Source of the DNA: Gloeothece verrucosa PCC 7822
Lineage (GTDB): Bacteria > Cyanobacteriota > Cyanobacteriia > Cyanobacteriales > Microcystaceae
Length of the DNA: 32,000 nucleotides
NCBI RefSeq assembly: GCF_000147335.1
Contig: NC_014534.1
Location: 124,773 to 156,772 of the forward strand
Direction: 5' to 3'
Notes under the pieces: generated by a model
Told to the model about the DNA's origin: nothing
Seen by the model: the letters and a program-made list of their open reading frames with translations, nothing else
Databases searched by the model: none
Shown: positions 7,604 to 15,076 of the stretch, in pieces
How the letters are laid out: the number at the start of each line of letters is the position of its first letter
Position numbering within the stretch: position 1 is the stretch's first letter
Made by a program: the position numbers and the translations under genes

Positions 7604-7981
7604 TCAATTTCCCAACGTCAATACTGAGGACGACATATCCACCACCAAACGGTGTGTTTTTAACCACTGACGACCCAGTAAAACTTCAGATAAACCTTGC
7701 CCTACATGAACAGGAACCTCAAATTCGTTGCCATTAATTCGCATTTTTCCTAAAAAAACATCAAATTGTGAATCTCCCTGCGCTGTTCTCATAGTTTGTT
7801 GATCAACATAAATCCAACCAAGAGCATCTAAATCTTGTTCGTTAATTGCCAACCAACCAGAAAAACCCGTATCAAACATGGCATCAACTGCTAGTTCTAA
7901 ACCATCAGCAGCAAGCAACTCTATTTCAAAAAATAACCCATCTTCATCCCCAAAATAACCGGAAATCATAGGGTTCCGCAT
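7604..7981 (-). CDS. retropepsin-like (clan AA) aspartic protease
   Basis: DTGFSG active-site motif in a roughly 125-aa protein. This is a common cyanobacterial small-protease family. Confidence 0.7.
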   Translation of the reverse strand: MRNPMISGYFGDEDGLFFEIELLAADGLELAVDAMFDTGFSGWLAINEQDLDALGWIYVDQQTMRTAQGDSQFDVFLGKMRINGNEFEVPVHVGQGLSEVLLGRQWLKTHRLVVDMSSSVLTLGN

Positions 7982-8283
7982 ACTCCGGTTTCATTGATGC
8001 GGAAAACATGGAGTTTGGCATTTGGGTATTTCTGATGCGCTATTTGAGCAACAACTAAATCATCCTGAGCGAGAAAATATTCTCCACTATCTGGTTCAAT
8101 TGCTACATACCAGTTGTAGTGAGTTTTAATTAATTCAGGCTGAATTCTTGCAAAAATTGGCTGGCAGCGTTGGTAAAATTCCTCGCGTTCGGCTCTCTTT
8201 TGAGCTTTTTGTGGTTCTGTCCACTGGATTTCGGGGAAAATTCGTCCTCTGCGGACTGTGGGAGTGGATTTATCTCTTGTCAT
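7966..8283 (-). CDS. hypothetical protein, upstream partner of the aspartic protease
   Basis: 105-aa ORF overlapping the protease start by 16 nt, which suggests translational coupling. No motif recognised. Confidence 0.45.
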   Translation of the reverse strand: MTRDKSTPTVRRGRIFPEIQWTEPQKAQKRAEREEFYQRCQPIFARIQPELIKTHYNWYVAIEPDSGEYFLAQDDLVVAQIAHQKYPNAKLHVFRINETGVCGTL

Positions 8284-8406
8284 AGTTGGTTCTCACTTTT
8301 GAACAAAGATGTTTCGCGCAGTCCCCTTCTATAATGAAAATTTAGGTGGGGTTAGCGAAACCAATAAATAAACCGCACAGCACGAACGCGCAGCGCCACT
8401 TCGTGT

Positions 8407-8800
8407 TCATTCCGGTTTTTCTTGATTCTGCACATATTCAATTAATTTATCTAAGGGAGCTTGTGCCCCAACACTAATAATAGCATAACTACTTGACCAA
8501 AATTGAGGTTTATCTCCCCAATAAAACTGAGATAAATGTTGAGAATATTCTGCCCTTAAACGGCGAGATGTTACGGTTTTAATATTATTAACCAATTTCG
8601 ACAGTTCAACGGATGGGTGACTTTCAAAAAGCGCGTGTATATGGTCGGCTTCCCCCCCCAAACGATAGGGAGGTCACATTCCCATTTTCCTAACAATTCT
8701 CTTAAGATAAATTCCATTTTTTCAAGAATATCACTGTTAAGAGATGGACGACAGAACTTAGTCACCAATACTAAATGGTAAATCAGGCGAAAAGCACTGT
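8407..8800 (-). pseudogene. tnpA: IS200/IS605 TnpA (HUH/Y1 transposase), frameshifted
   Basis: N-part FRLIYHLVLVTKFCRPSL (track ORF 8571..8768) and C-part GGEADHIHALF...SSSYAIISVG (8407..8661) lie in different frames. The shift is at the C8/G8 homopolymer at 8652-8659. No clear start codon. It sits immediately after the holB stop. Confidence 0.7.
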
Positions 8801-8834
8801 TAATACGAGTTTTGGGGTTATTTTCCCCGCACTT

Positions 8835-9719
8835 TCAATTGCGTCTAACTCGGTTTAAACAACATTGCCAAGCCAACAAGGCATTAGCTTTAGACAATTG
8901 AGATTTAACTAATTCTAAATATTGAACCAATTTTTCTTCTCGATTTTCCCAAGCTTTATGTTGCCAATAATCGGCAAGCAACAATTGATTTATTGTTTCT
9001 AATTCACAAATCAATTGAGATTTGCTAAAGGTTTCTGAAAAGGTTGAACAAAAAGGAGACGCTAATTCGGAGGGCAGTTCGTCCAATAATTGTTGATAAG
9101 CGATCGCTTTAGATACAGAACCGCCGGCTAAATTCAAAACAACAGGATCTACTTTTATTCCCAAGCCACTCAACACACTTTGGAGTTTAGATGTAGACAG
9201 GGGACAAAAGGGAATAATATGGGCGCGGCTAATGATCGTTGGCGGCACAGATTCAATATTATCTGTGGTAAGGATTAACAATGCTTGCCCAGGTTCTTCT
9301 AGTGACTTTAATAAAGCCTGAGCCGCATTAGGGGTTAGGGATTCCACGTTTAAGATAATGGCAACTAACCTTTGAGATTTTAAGGGAGCTTGAGCCAAAA
9401 ACCGAGTTAATTCTCTGATTTGCTCGATCCGAATCTGAGCGACTTGATTATTAAAAGATAGCTGTTGTTCTCTTGCAACAGAAAGGGGAATTAAATCGTC
9501 CTGTTGGCAATAAGTCGGTTCAATTATTGTCAAGTCAGGATTATGCCGTTCCTCATCTGCTATAAGTGCCCTAGCCAAAGCGAGCGCAGTAGTTCTTTTG
9601 CCTACCCCAGATACACCAGTGAATAGATAGGCATTGGGGATGCGACCAGAAGTTAACGCGGCAGTGAGTAGTTTTATTGCTCCCTGTTGCCCGTTTATAC
9701 TGGAAAATATTGCTGACAT
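8835..9719 (-). CDS. holB: DNA polymerase III delta-prime subunit
   Basis: INGQQGAIKLLTAALTSGRIPNAYLFTGVSGVGKRTTALALARAL, then a Walker-B-like region, then an SRC-position motif (ISRAHIIPF). The start overlaps the holA end by 25 nt. Confidence 0.8.
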   Translation of the reverse strand: MSAIFSSINGQQGAIKLLTAALTSGRIPNAYLFTGVSGVGKRTTALALARALIADEERHNPDLTIIEPTYCQQDDLIPLSVAREQQLSFNNQVAQIRIEQIRELTRFLAQAPLKSQRLVAIILNVESLTPNAAQALLKSLEEPGQALLILTTDNIESVPPTIISRAHIIPFCPLSTSKLQSVLSGLGIKVDPVVLNLAGGSVSKAIAYQQLLDELPSELASPFCSTFSETFSKSQLICELETINQLLLADYWQHKAWENREEKLVQYLELVKSQLSKANALLAWQCCLNRVRRN

Positions 9720-10654
9720 AGTTGAATGATGTAAAGTTTAAGGTTTTTGTTGCCGGAATTGAAGGCAATCTGAGCCTTTAAAAGAACTTCTTGGCAGAAG
9801 ATAAATCTTTCTAGGGAAATAGTTTCAACTTCCAACATCAGGTAGTAACATCTGCCCTTATAGATGCCAGTACAAGCTTCTAAATGATGGGTATCAGTGA
9901 CCCCCTCAGAAACTAAAGCCTTGGTCCAAGTCCATTGTCGAAACAAAGTAATTAGGGAGGCAAGGATTTTAGGGGCTGCTTCCCCACTATTGTTCAAGTT
10001 CTCAAGGGTAGCGATCGCGGTTTTGACATCTTGCTTCAAACAGGCTTTAGCTAAATCAATAGATGTAGCCGCACGATTATCCACCAATTGATTGACACTT
10101 TCAACTGTGACGGCTTCGTCGCCGACGAAAGTTTTGAGTTTCTCTAACTCCCCAGATAATAGACGGGTGTCATTACCAACAGCGATAATTAACTGTTTGG
10201 CTGCGGCTTGAGTGAGGTCAACACCAATCGAGGTAGCCATTTGGTAAAGCTGAGTGATGAGAGTGCCTTCATCCCAAGGGGAAATCAAGTTAAATTCTTT
10301 AAAGAGTGCGGCTTTGTCGATAAGCATCTTAACCACTTTTAGCCGCCGATCAATTTTAGACGCTGTTAAGATCAAGACGGTGGTGCTAGGAAGAAGATCG
10401 ATCTCCTTTTCAACCTGTGCAATACTATCGTCGTTAATCGTACCAAACCAAGGGCATTGAATAAGATGAACAACCCTGAAACCGTTACCAATAGGGGGCT
10501 GGTTCATGGTAATGATTGCCTCATTGAGGGAATCTGGAGGATATTCATTGTAATTGAACAAAGACCACTCAGGGGCTAGATATTGAGCTAGTAGTGCCTG
10601 AATTTCTTGGGAGATTAAAAAATCGTTGTCACCGGTCATTAAGTAAAGTGGCAT
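9695..10654 (-). CDS. holA: DNA polymerase III delta subunit
   Basis: N-terminus MPLYLMTGDNDFLISQEI...WSLFNYNEY and overall length and pattern are typical of HolA. Its position between dnaX and holB supports the call. Confidence 0.75.
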   Translation of the reverse strand: MPLYLMTGDNDFLISQEIQALLAQYLAPEWSLFNYNEYPPDSLNEAIITMNQPPIGNGFRVVHLIQCPWFGTINDDSIAQVEKEIDLLPSTTVLILTASKIDRRLKVVKMLIDKAALFKEFNLISPWDEGTLITQLYQMATSIGVDLTQAAAKQLIIAVGNDTRLLSGELEKLKTFVGDEAVTVESVNQLVDNRAATSIDLAKACLKQDVKTAIATLENLNNSGEAAPKILASLITLFRQWTWTKALVSEGVTDTHHLEACTGIYKGRCYYLMLEVETISLERFIFCQEVLLKAQIAFNSGNKNLKLYIIQLCQQYFPV

Positions 10655-10709
10655 AGTGCTTTGTTGAATTTAACTGAAAAAACTTTCATTCTCACCTGTT
10701 TTTTCTTGA

Positions 10710-10807
10710 TATACTACAACGCCTCCGAGTATTTCCCCGAGTTGGGGACATTCAAATGACGCAAAATCCTTGTAGTACAAAACGGGGAGAAATTGACTTA
10801 TACTACA
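10710..10807. repeat. second cluster of three TGTAGTA(T/C)A motifs around a hairpin, in the dnaX-holA intergenic region
   Basis: TATACTACA at 10710-10718 and at 10799-10807 (the latter overlaps the dnaX stop codon). Inverted TGTAGTACA at 10771-10779. Hairpin CCCCGAGTTGGGG at 10735-10747. Confidence 0.5.
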
Positions 10808-12231
10808 AGTTCAATATTGACCTTGTGCCCCAAGATCTTCTCAAACGAATCACTTAAAGTAGAACTCGATTGAGAAATTCTGGGTTTAAATACCTCTGGG
10901 ACTTGGATTGTAGCGACATTTTCTTGCAGGGCGACCAATTTCGCCTGCTGATTGAGTAAGGCACTCAGTGCCTTTTGGGTTTGAGCCGCTATAATTTGTT
11001 TCCACAGACTATCTAGATTGATAGGCTCGCAAGGAAGCGTGGCTATAGATGCAGGAAGCGGGGTCAGGAACTTGTTAACACTGGGGTGCGGAACTCGTTC
11101 CGCACTCCCACTCAACTCTTTAGAAGAATTGGGAGGAGAGGGCACATAGACATCATTGGGCGCAAATAACCCTATTAAAGTTACCTCTAAAATAATACGG
11201 GGAACTCTGGATAATTTAATCTGAGTTAAGCCGCTTTTGAGTTTGCTGATCTGTGCAATCAATCGGTGGTCTGGGATATTTAAGCCCTGTAAGATTTCCC
11301 AGGTGCTTGCGGTTACTTTCCCTAATTCTGCATTATCGGCAGTTTGAGCCAATAATGCCGTAATGTGGAATTCTAAAAGGTTTTGAGCAATCACTAGAGG
11401 ATCTAAACCGACTTCATACAATTCCCTGGTTCGCTTAATAACTTGCTCGGTATCTTCCTCTTGGATCGCATTGAACAACAACAGTAGATCCTGTTCGGGG
11501 ACGGACCCAGTTAACTCATAAACTTGCTCAGGGGTAAGGGTATTGGACAACAAACTAAGTTGCTCTAATAAACATTGAGCATCCCTGAGTCCCCCCTGGC
11601 AATGTTGGGCAATCAGCCGCAGGACATGAGGGTCGATGGTAATATTTTCCCGTTGGGCGATGGCGGCTAAATGCTCTATGATCACCGAATCGCTCTCGCG
11701 GCGGAAATTAAACCGTTGACAGCGAGAGATAATCGTGTCCCCCAAACGCTCAGGTTCGGTGGTGCAAAGGATAAATACGACCCTTTCTGGCGGATTTTCC
11801 AGAGTCTTTAAGAGCGCTTGAATGGCGAAATGGGATAGGGCGTGGCATTCATCCAGAATCCAGACTTTATAGAGATTATGGGGAACGAACTGGGATTTTT
11901 CAATTAAATCTCTAATTTGCTCTACGGAATTGTTGCTGGCTGCGTCAATTTCAATGACATCGAGGGAGTTAGACGAGGCGATCGCACCACAGGAATCGCA
12001 CTGACCGCAGGGGGTAACGGTGGGGTTGTCCTCTGATAGGCAGTTAAGGGATTTGGCCAAGATACGGGCGGTGGAGGTTTTGCCCGTGCCCCTCGGTCCG
12101 CTAAAGAGATAGGCCGGGGCGATGCGTCCTGTGGTTATAGCATTGGTTAGGGTGGTGGCGATTGGCTGTTGTCCCACCAAATCGGCGAGGGTTTGGGGAC
12201 GATATTTGAGATGGAAAGGTAAGTGTCTCAT
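10798..12231 (-). CDS. dnaX: DNA polymerase III gamma/tau subunit
   Basis: HLKYRPQTLADLVGQ, Walker A GPRGTGKTS, zinc module CGQCDSC, Walker B ILDECHAL, sensor SRCQRF. The ATG at 12231 is preferred over the TTG at 12243. Confidence 0.9.
   Translation of the reverse strand: MRHLPFHLKYRPQTLADLVGQQPIATTLTNAITTGRIAPAYLFSGPRGTGKTSTARILAKSLNCLSEDNPTVTPCGQCDSCGAIASSNSLDVIEIDAASNNSVEQIRDLIEKSQFVPHNLYKVWILDECHALSHFAIQALLKTLENPPERVVFILCTTEPERLGDTIISRCQRFNFRRESDSVIIEHLAAIAQRENITIDPHVLRLIAQHCQGGLRDAQCLLEQLSLLSNTLTPEQVYELTGSVPEQDLLLLFNAIQEEDTEQVIKRTRELYEVGLDPLVIAQNLLEFHITALLAQTADNAELGKVTASTWEILQGLNIPDHRLIAQISKLKSGLTQIKLSRVPRIILEVTLIGLFAPNDVYVPSPPNSSKELSGSAERVPHPSVNKFLTPLPASIATLPCEPINLDSLWKQIIAAQTQKALSALLNQQAKLVALQENVATIQVPEVFKPRISQSSSTLSDSFEKILGHKVNIELVV
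11082..11107. repeat. 26-bp palindromic element inside dnaX coding sequence
   Basis: TGGGGTGCGGAACTCGTTCCGCACTC. The core GTGCGGAAC-TC-GTTCCGCAC is a perfect palindrome. It encodes ...SAERVPHPS... in the DnaX C-terminal linker. A second copy lies at 12923-12948. Confidence 0.7.
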
Positions 12232-12290
12232 TGAGCAAATCAAAATAAATGAAGGGTAATCTCTTGAAAAACTAGAGAATTGATAGATGC

Positions 12291-13658
12291 TTAATTAACT
12301 TTCGCAAGTTCTTTATCTTTTGTTTGATTAGGGGGCAGGGAGGGTTCTTTATTAACTGTAGGAACCTGCGGAAATTGGTCGACCTTGACCGGCATCAGAA
12401 GGACAAATGCGGAACAGTCCGGTTCAAGAGAAACTAGGCGGGATGCTTGATCGGGATCGATCGCCTCAAACTTGAGTTCGTTTCCTGGAAGTGCCAATAC
12501 AGCGTCGTGGAAATATTTAGAATTAAACGCGATCGTTAAATCTCGTTCAACGACTGCCGGGATATTTTCTATGCCTTGATGGTGGTCGCTAGAGAGCCAA
12601 TATAATTTAATTTGCTGGCGCTGGGCCGAACACTCCAATACTAATACGTTTTTCTTGGGATTGAGGATGTTCAGACGATTAATCGCCCGTTTCATTTCTA
12701 AGACTTGAAAATTAATTGAGTTTGGATACTCAGAAGGCAACAATTGATGAGCATTTGGATATGTGCCCTGCAATAAGCGACTAATCATCATTTGATGAGC
12801 GCCTAACTCAAATTGGACTTGTTTGTTATCCCACGAAATTTTTACTGTGGAACAAACGGGTTCAGAAAAATTATTGTCTATTGTCGGTGATGGTTCGTCT
12901 TCTCCTTGAACCGATTCGGATTGGGGTGCGGAACGAGTTCCGCACTCATCTTCTTGTGGAGATTGTGATGGTTGTTCGACATCTTCCTTAAAACCTCTCA
13001 ATAACTTCACTAGCTGTTGACAAGTATCTCCAGGGATAGTGATTCCCTCACTTTCAATCTCATCAATTCCAGCAAGATCATCAAGAGACAATTTACTCAT
13101 AGACAGACGGTGGCCATCCGTCGAAATTAACTCAAGTTTTGAGCTTGAAAAGAGAAAATGAACTCCACGAAGAATCTGTTTTGTCTCGTCGGTTGCATAA
13201 GAGCGCAAAACGGGAATTAAAGCTGATAATAAAGAGTGAGACGGTAGAGTTACGGATAAAAGCGTTTCGAGGATAGGGAGTTCCGGATATTGATTCGATT
13301 CGATCCCTTGCAATCGATAGATACTATTTTCGGCTTGAACAATTAAAATTAAAGGATTTTCGTCCTCCTCAAAATCTTCTGTAGTTTCAAGTTTAAAAGT
13401 TAATTCGGTTGCATTTAATTTATTAATCAAGCCCACTAAAAGTTTACCATTTACGCAAATGCTACCTTCTTCTTCAATGGAAACCGGAAAGCTCGTCGTT
13501 AAGCCTAAAGAACTATCAAAAGTGGTTAGGATAAGTTGTTGATCTTTTGCCTTCATTAAAACGTTGCTTAAAATCGGATAAGAAGGCTTAGGTGGAAGAA
13601 TAGTTTTAATTTGGGCTAAATGCTCAGAAATTGTGGTTTGAGAAACGGTAAATTCCAT
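12291..13658 (-). CDS. dnaN: DNA polymerase III beta sliding clamp, enlarged (455 aa)
   Basis: YPILSNVLMKAKDQQLILTTFDSSLGL, ISTDGHRLS, ITIPGDTCQQLVKLL, YPNAHQLLP and a near-C-terminal LLMPVKV follow the beta-clamp pattern. It carries an acidic/Ser/Pro-rich insert (about aa 224-267, nt 12858-12989) and a roughly 29-aa tail after MPVKV. Confidence 0.85.
   Translation of the reverse strand: MEFTVSQTTISEHLAQIKTILPPKPSYPILSNVLMKAKDQQLILTTFDSSLGLTTSFPVSIEEEGSICVNGKLLVGLINKLNATELTFKLETTEDFEEDENPLILIVQAENSIYRLQGIESNQYPELPILETLLSVTLPSHSLLSALIPVLRSYATDETKQILRGVHFLFSSSKLELISTDGHRLSMSKLSLDDLAGIDEIESEGITIPGDTCQQLVKLLRGFKEDVEQPSQSPQEDECGTRSAPQSESVQGEDEPSPTIDNNFSEPVCSTVKISWDNKQVQFELGAHQMMISRLLQGTYPNAHQLLPSEYPNSINFQVLEMKRAINRLNILNPKKNVLVLECSAQRQQIKLYWLSSDHHQGIENIPAVVERDLTIAFNSKYFHDAVLALPGNELKFEAIDPDQASRLVSLEPDCSAFVLLMPVKVDQFPQVPTVNKEPSLPPNQTKDKELAKVN
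12923..12948. repeat. 26-bp palindromic element inside dnaN coding sequence
   Basis: TGGGGTGCGGAACGAGTTCCGCACTC. The flanks are identical to the dnaX copy and the central dinucleotide is inverted. It encodes ...ECGTRSAPQS... within the beta-clamp insert. Confidence 0.7.
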
Positions 13659-13692
13659 AATTTTTCAGATAAATGCTCAAAATGAAGTTTAT

Positions 13693-13720
13693 CCCGTTAT
13701 AATCCTCCGATTATAACGGG
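13693..13720 (-). promoter_or_regulatory. intercistronic 11-bp-stem hairpin between the 298-aa gene and dnaN
   Basis: CCCGTTATAAT-CCTCCG-ATTATAACGGG. On the mRNA strand the loop reads CGGAGG. No U-tract follows, so it is not a classical terminator. Confidence 0.3.
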
Positions 13721-13727
13721 AATAGTT

Positions 13728-14624
13728 TTATTCTTCTTCAGGTTTAGCGGCTGGCAAAGCCATAACACTATTCGATTGCCCTGGAATCATCAATGGCTGA
13801 GATGGCTGCAAACCATCCCAAGCCATCTTTTTCGCTTCGGGGGAGTAACCGAGGAAAAAGGTATGCCAATTTTCTAGAGTGGGAATGGTATGGGACGTTA
13901 CCCGACAGGTAAAAGATTTTTGTTTATCACCGACAAGCTCTCTAGCTACAGAGAACTCAAATGCACATAAACAGTTAAATTTGTTGTTTTTGGGACGAGC
14001 CGCAATTCCTCGACTAATAGCATGGCAGTTGGTCATCTCAGTGAGGAACTGATTATGATGCTCACTGAAGGTTGCGCCGTTGGCCCCTTTAGCGATATAG
14101 GCTAGGGGTACTTGATGCAGGGGTTTATTGTCGGGGGTAAGCAAAAATACTTCACACAACCGCAGGTTAGAGACATTTTTCTCCTGTTTGTACTCAGCTT
14201 TCCAGGGGCCTAGGATCACTAACTGCTGAGATTCTTGTGAGGCTTCCCGGTCATAGCCTAACAGGGGAGTACGGGGGATGACCAGCATTCTTGGAGTCTT
14301 TAGCAGAACTCCCGATTCCAGTTCTCCATTAGATTCAAAGGTATAATCGACAATATAGGGATCAACGTACTCAAAATCGAGCCAACCCGCCTTAGCCATC
14401 TGATCCATAGAGACGAAATAGCCGCATAGATCGGGGGTAGCCCCTCTGAGCGCTTGGATGCGGGGGAGACGCGCGAAAGGATCGATATATTCCGGAGAAC
14501 AGAACTCGTCAAGTTCAGGTGGGGGAATGATAATATTAGAAGAAGTTTCGTTGTCAATCTCGGTTTCTTTGATGTCGTTGTTCGATTGAGTTTCTTTGAT
14601 TTCTTGGGTTTTTGTTGTAGACAT
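13728..14624 (-). CDS. uncharacterised 298-aa protein, first large gene of the dnaN operon
   Basis: Clean ORF with an AGAGGA SD. Acidic/Thr/Ser-rich N-terminus followed by a globular region (...RIQALRGATPDLCGYFVSMDQMAKAGW...). No catalytic motif recognised. Confidence 0.5.
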   Translation of the reverse strand: MSTTKTQEIKETQSNNDIKETEIDNETSSNIIIPPPELDEFCSPEYIDPFARLPRIQALRGATPDLCGYFVSMDQMAKAGWLDFEYVDPYIVDYTFESNGELESGVLLKTPRMLVIPRTPLLGYDREASQESQQLVILGPWKAEYKQEKNVSNLRLCEVFLLTPDNKPLHQVPLAYIAKGANGATFSEHHNQFLTEMTNCHAISRGIAARPKNNKFNCLCAFEFSVARELVGDKQKSFTCRVTSHTIPTLENWHTFFLGYSPEAKKMAWDGLQPSQPLMIPGQSNSVMALPAAKPEEE

Positions 14625-14632
14625 AGTATCCT

Positions 14633-14758
14633 CTAATAATGTAAATCGATATCACTGTATGCAAGATACTGAGCTTCCCAAATTTCATAAGCTGTTTGAT
14701 AATAGATTTCTTCGCTCTGGAAAGCTTCTTTTTGTGTTTTTTTTTCTAACGTTTCCAT
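14633..14758 (-). CDS. possible 41-codon small ORF
   Basis: METLEKKTQKEAFQSEEIYYQTAYEIWEAQYLAYSDIDLHY. It stops 9 nt before the start of the 298-aa gene. It is below the ORF-track length cut-off and has no other support. Confidence 0.2.
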   Translation of the reverse strand: METLEKKTQKEAFQSEEIYYQTAYEIWEAQYLAYSDIDLHY

Positions 14759-14827
14759 ATTTTTCAGCTTGAAATAACCACATTGAAAGCGCAAAGCGCT
14801 TATAGTTAAGTTTGATTAAAGCCAAAA

Positions 14828-15076
14828 TTATCTCCGAGATAGTCTCATGAAAAAGTTAACTACTGGAGTGGCATTAGAAACTTTCCAACCCGCTTTATAA
14901 CAGGCTTGAATGGCTTTGTCTAGTTCCTCTTTAGTTGAAAAGAATTTGTATTTTATCGGTTCGCAATTGGGAGTAAAAAGATAAGTTTGATAACCCCCTA
15001 AAATTTCCAAATAGGACATTCTTTTTACAAGAGGATGATGGCGATTTATAAAAGGCTTAATGGTTTTTCTCTGCAT
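14828..15076 (-). CDS. hypothetical protein (82 aa)
   Basis: ORF overlapping the 3' end of the TGT-like gene by 31 nt. No motif recognised. Confidence 0.4.
   Translation of the reverse strand: MQRKTIKPFINRHHPLVKRMSYLEILGGYQTYLFTPNCEPIKYKFFSTKEELDKAIQACYKAGWKVSNATPVVNFFMRLSRR

Noticed and set aside
10710-10807. The TGTAGTA(T/C)A motifs as cyanobacterial LexA boxes or NtcA sites.
   Set aside because: Neither RGTAC-N3-DGTWCB nor GTA-N8-TAC can be laid over the sites with correct spacing.
10798-12231. A programmed -1 frameshift site in dnaX producing separate gamma and tau, as in E. coli.
   Set aside because: I saw no A-AAA-AAG-type slippery heptamer (plus-strand CTTTTTT) in the gene.
13693-13720. 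The 11-bp-stem hairpin after the 298-aa gene as an intrinsic terminator.
   Set aside because: No U-tract follows it on the transcribed strand and dnaN starts 35 nt later. I kept it only as a low-confidence intercistronic structure.
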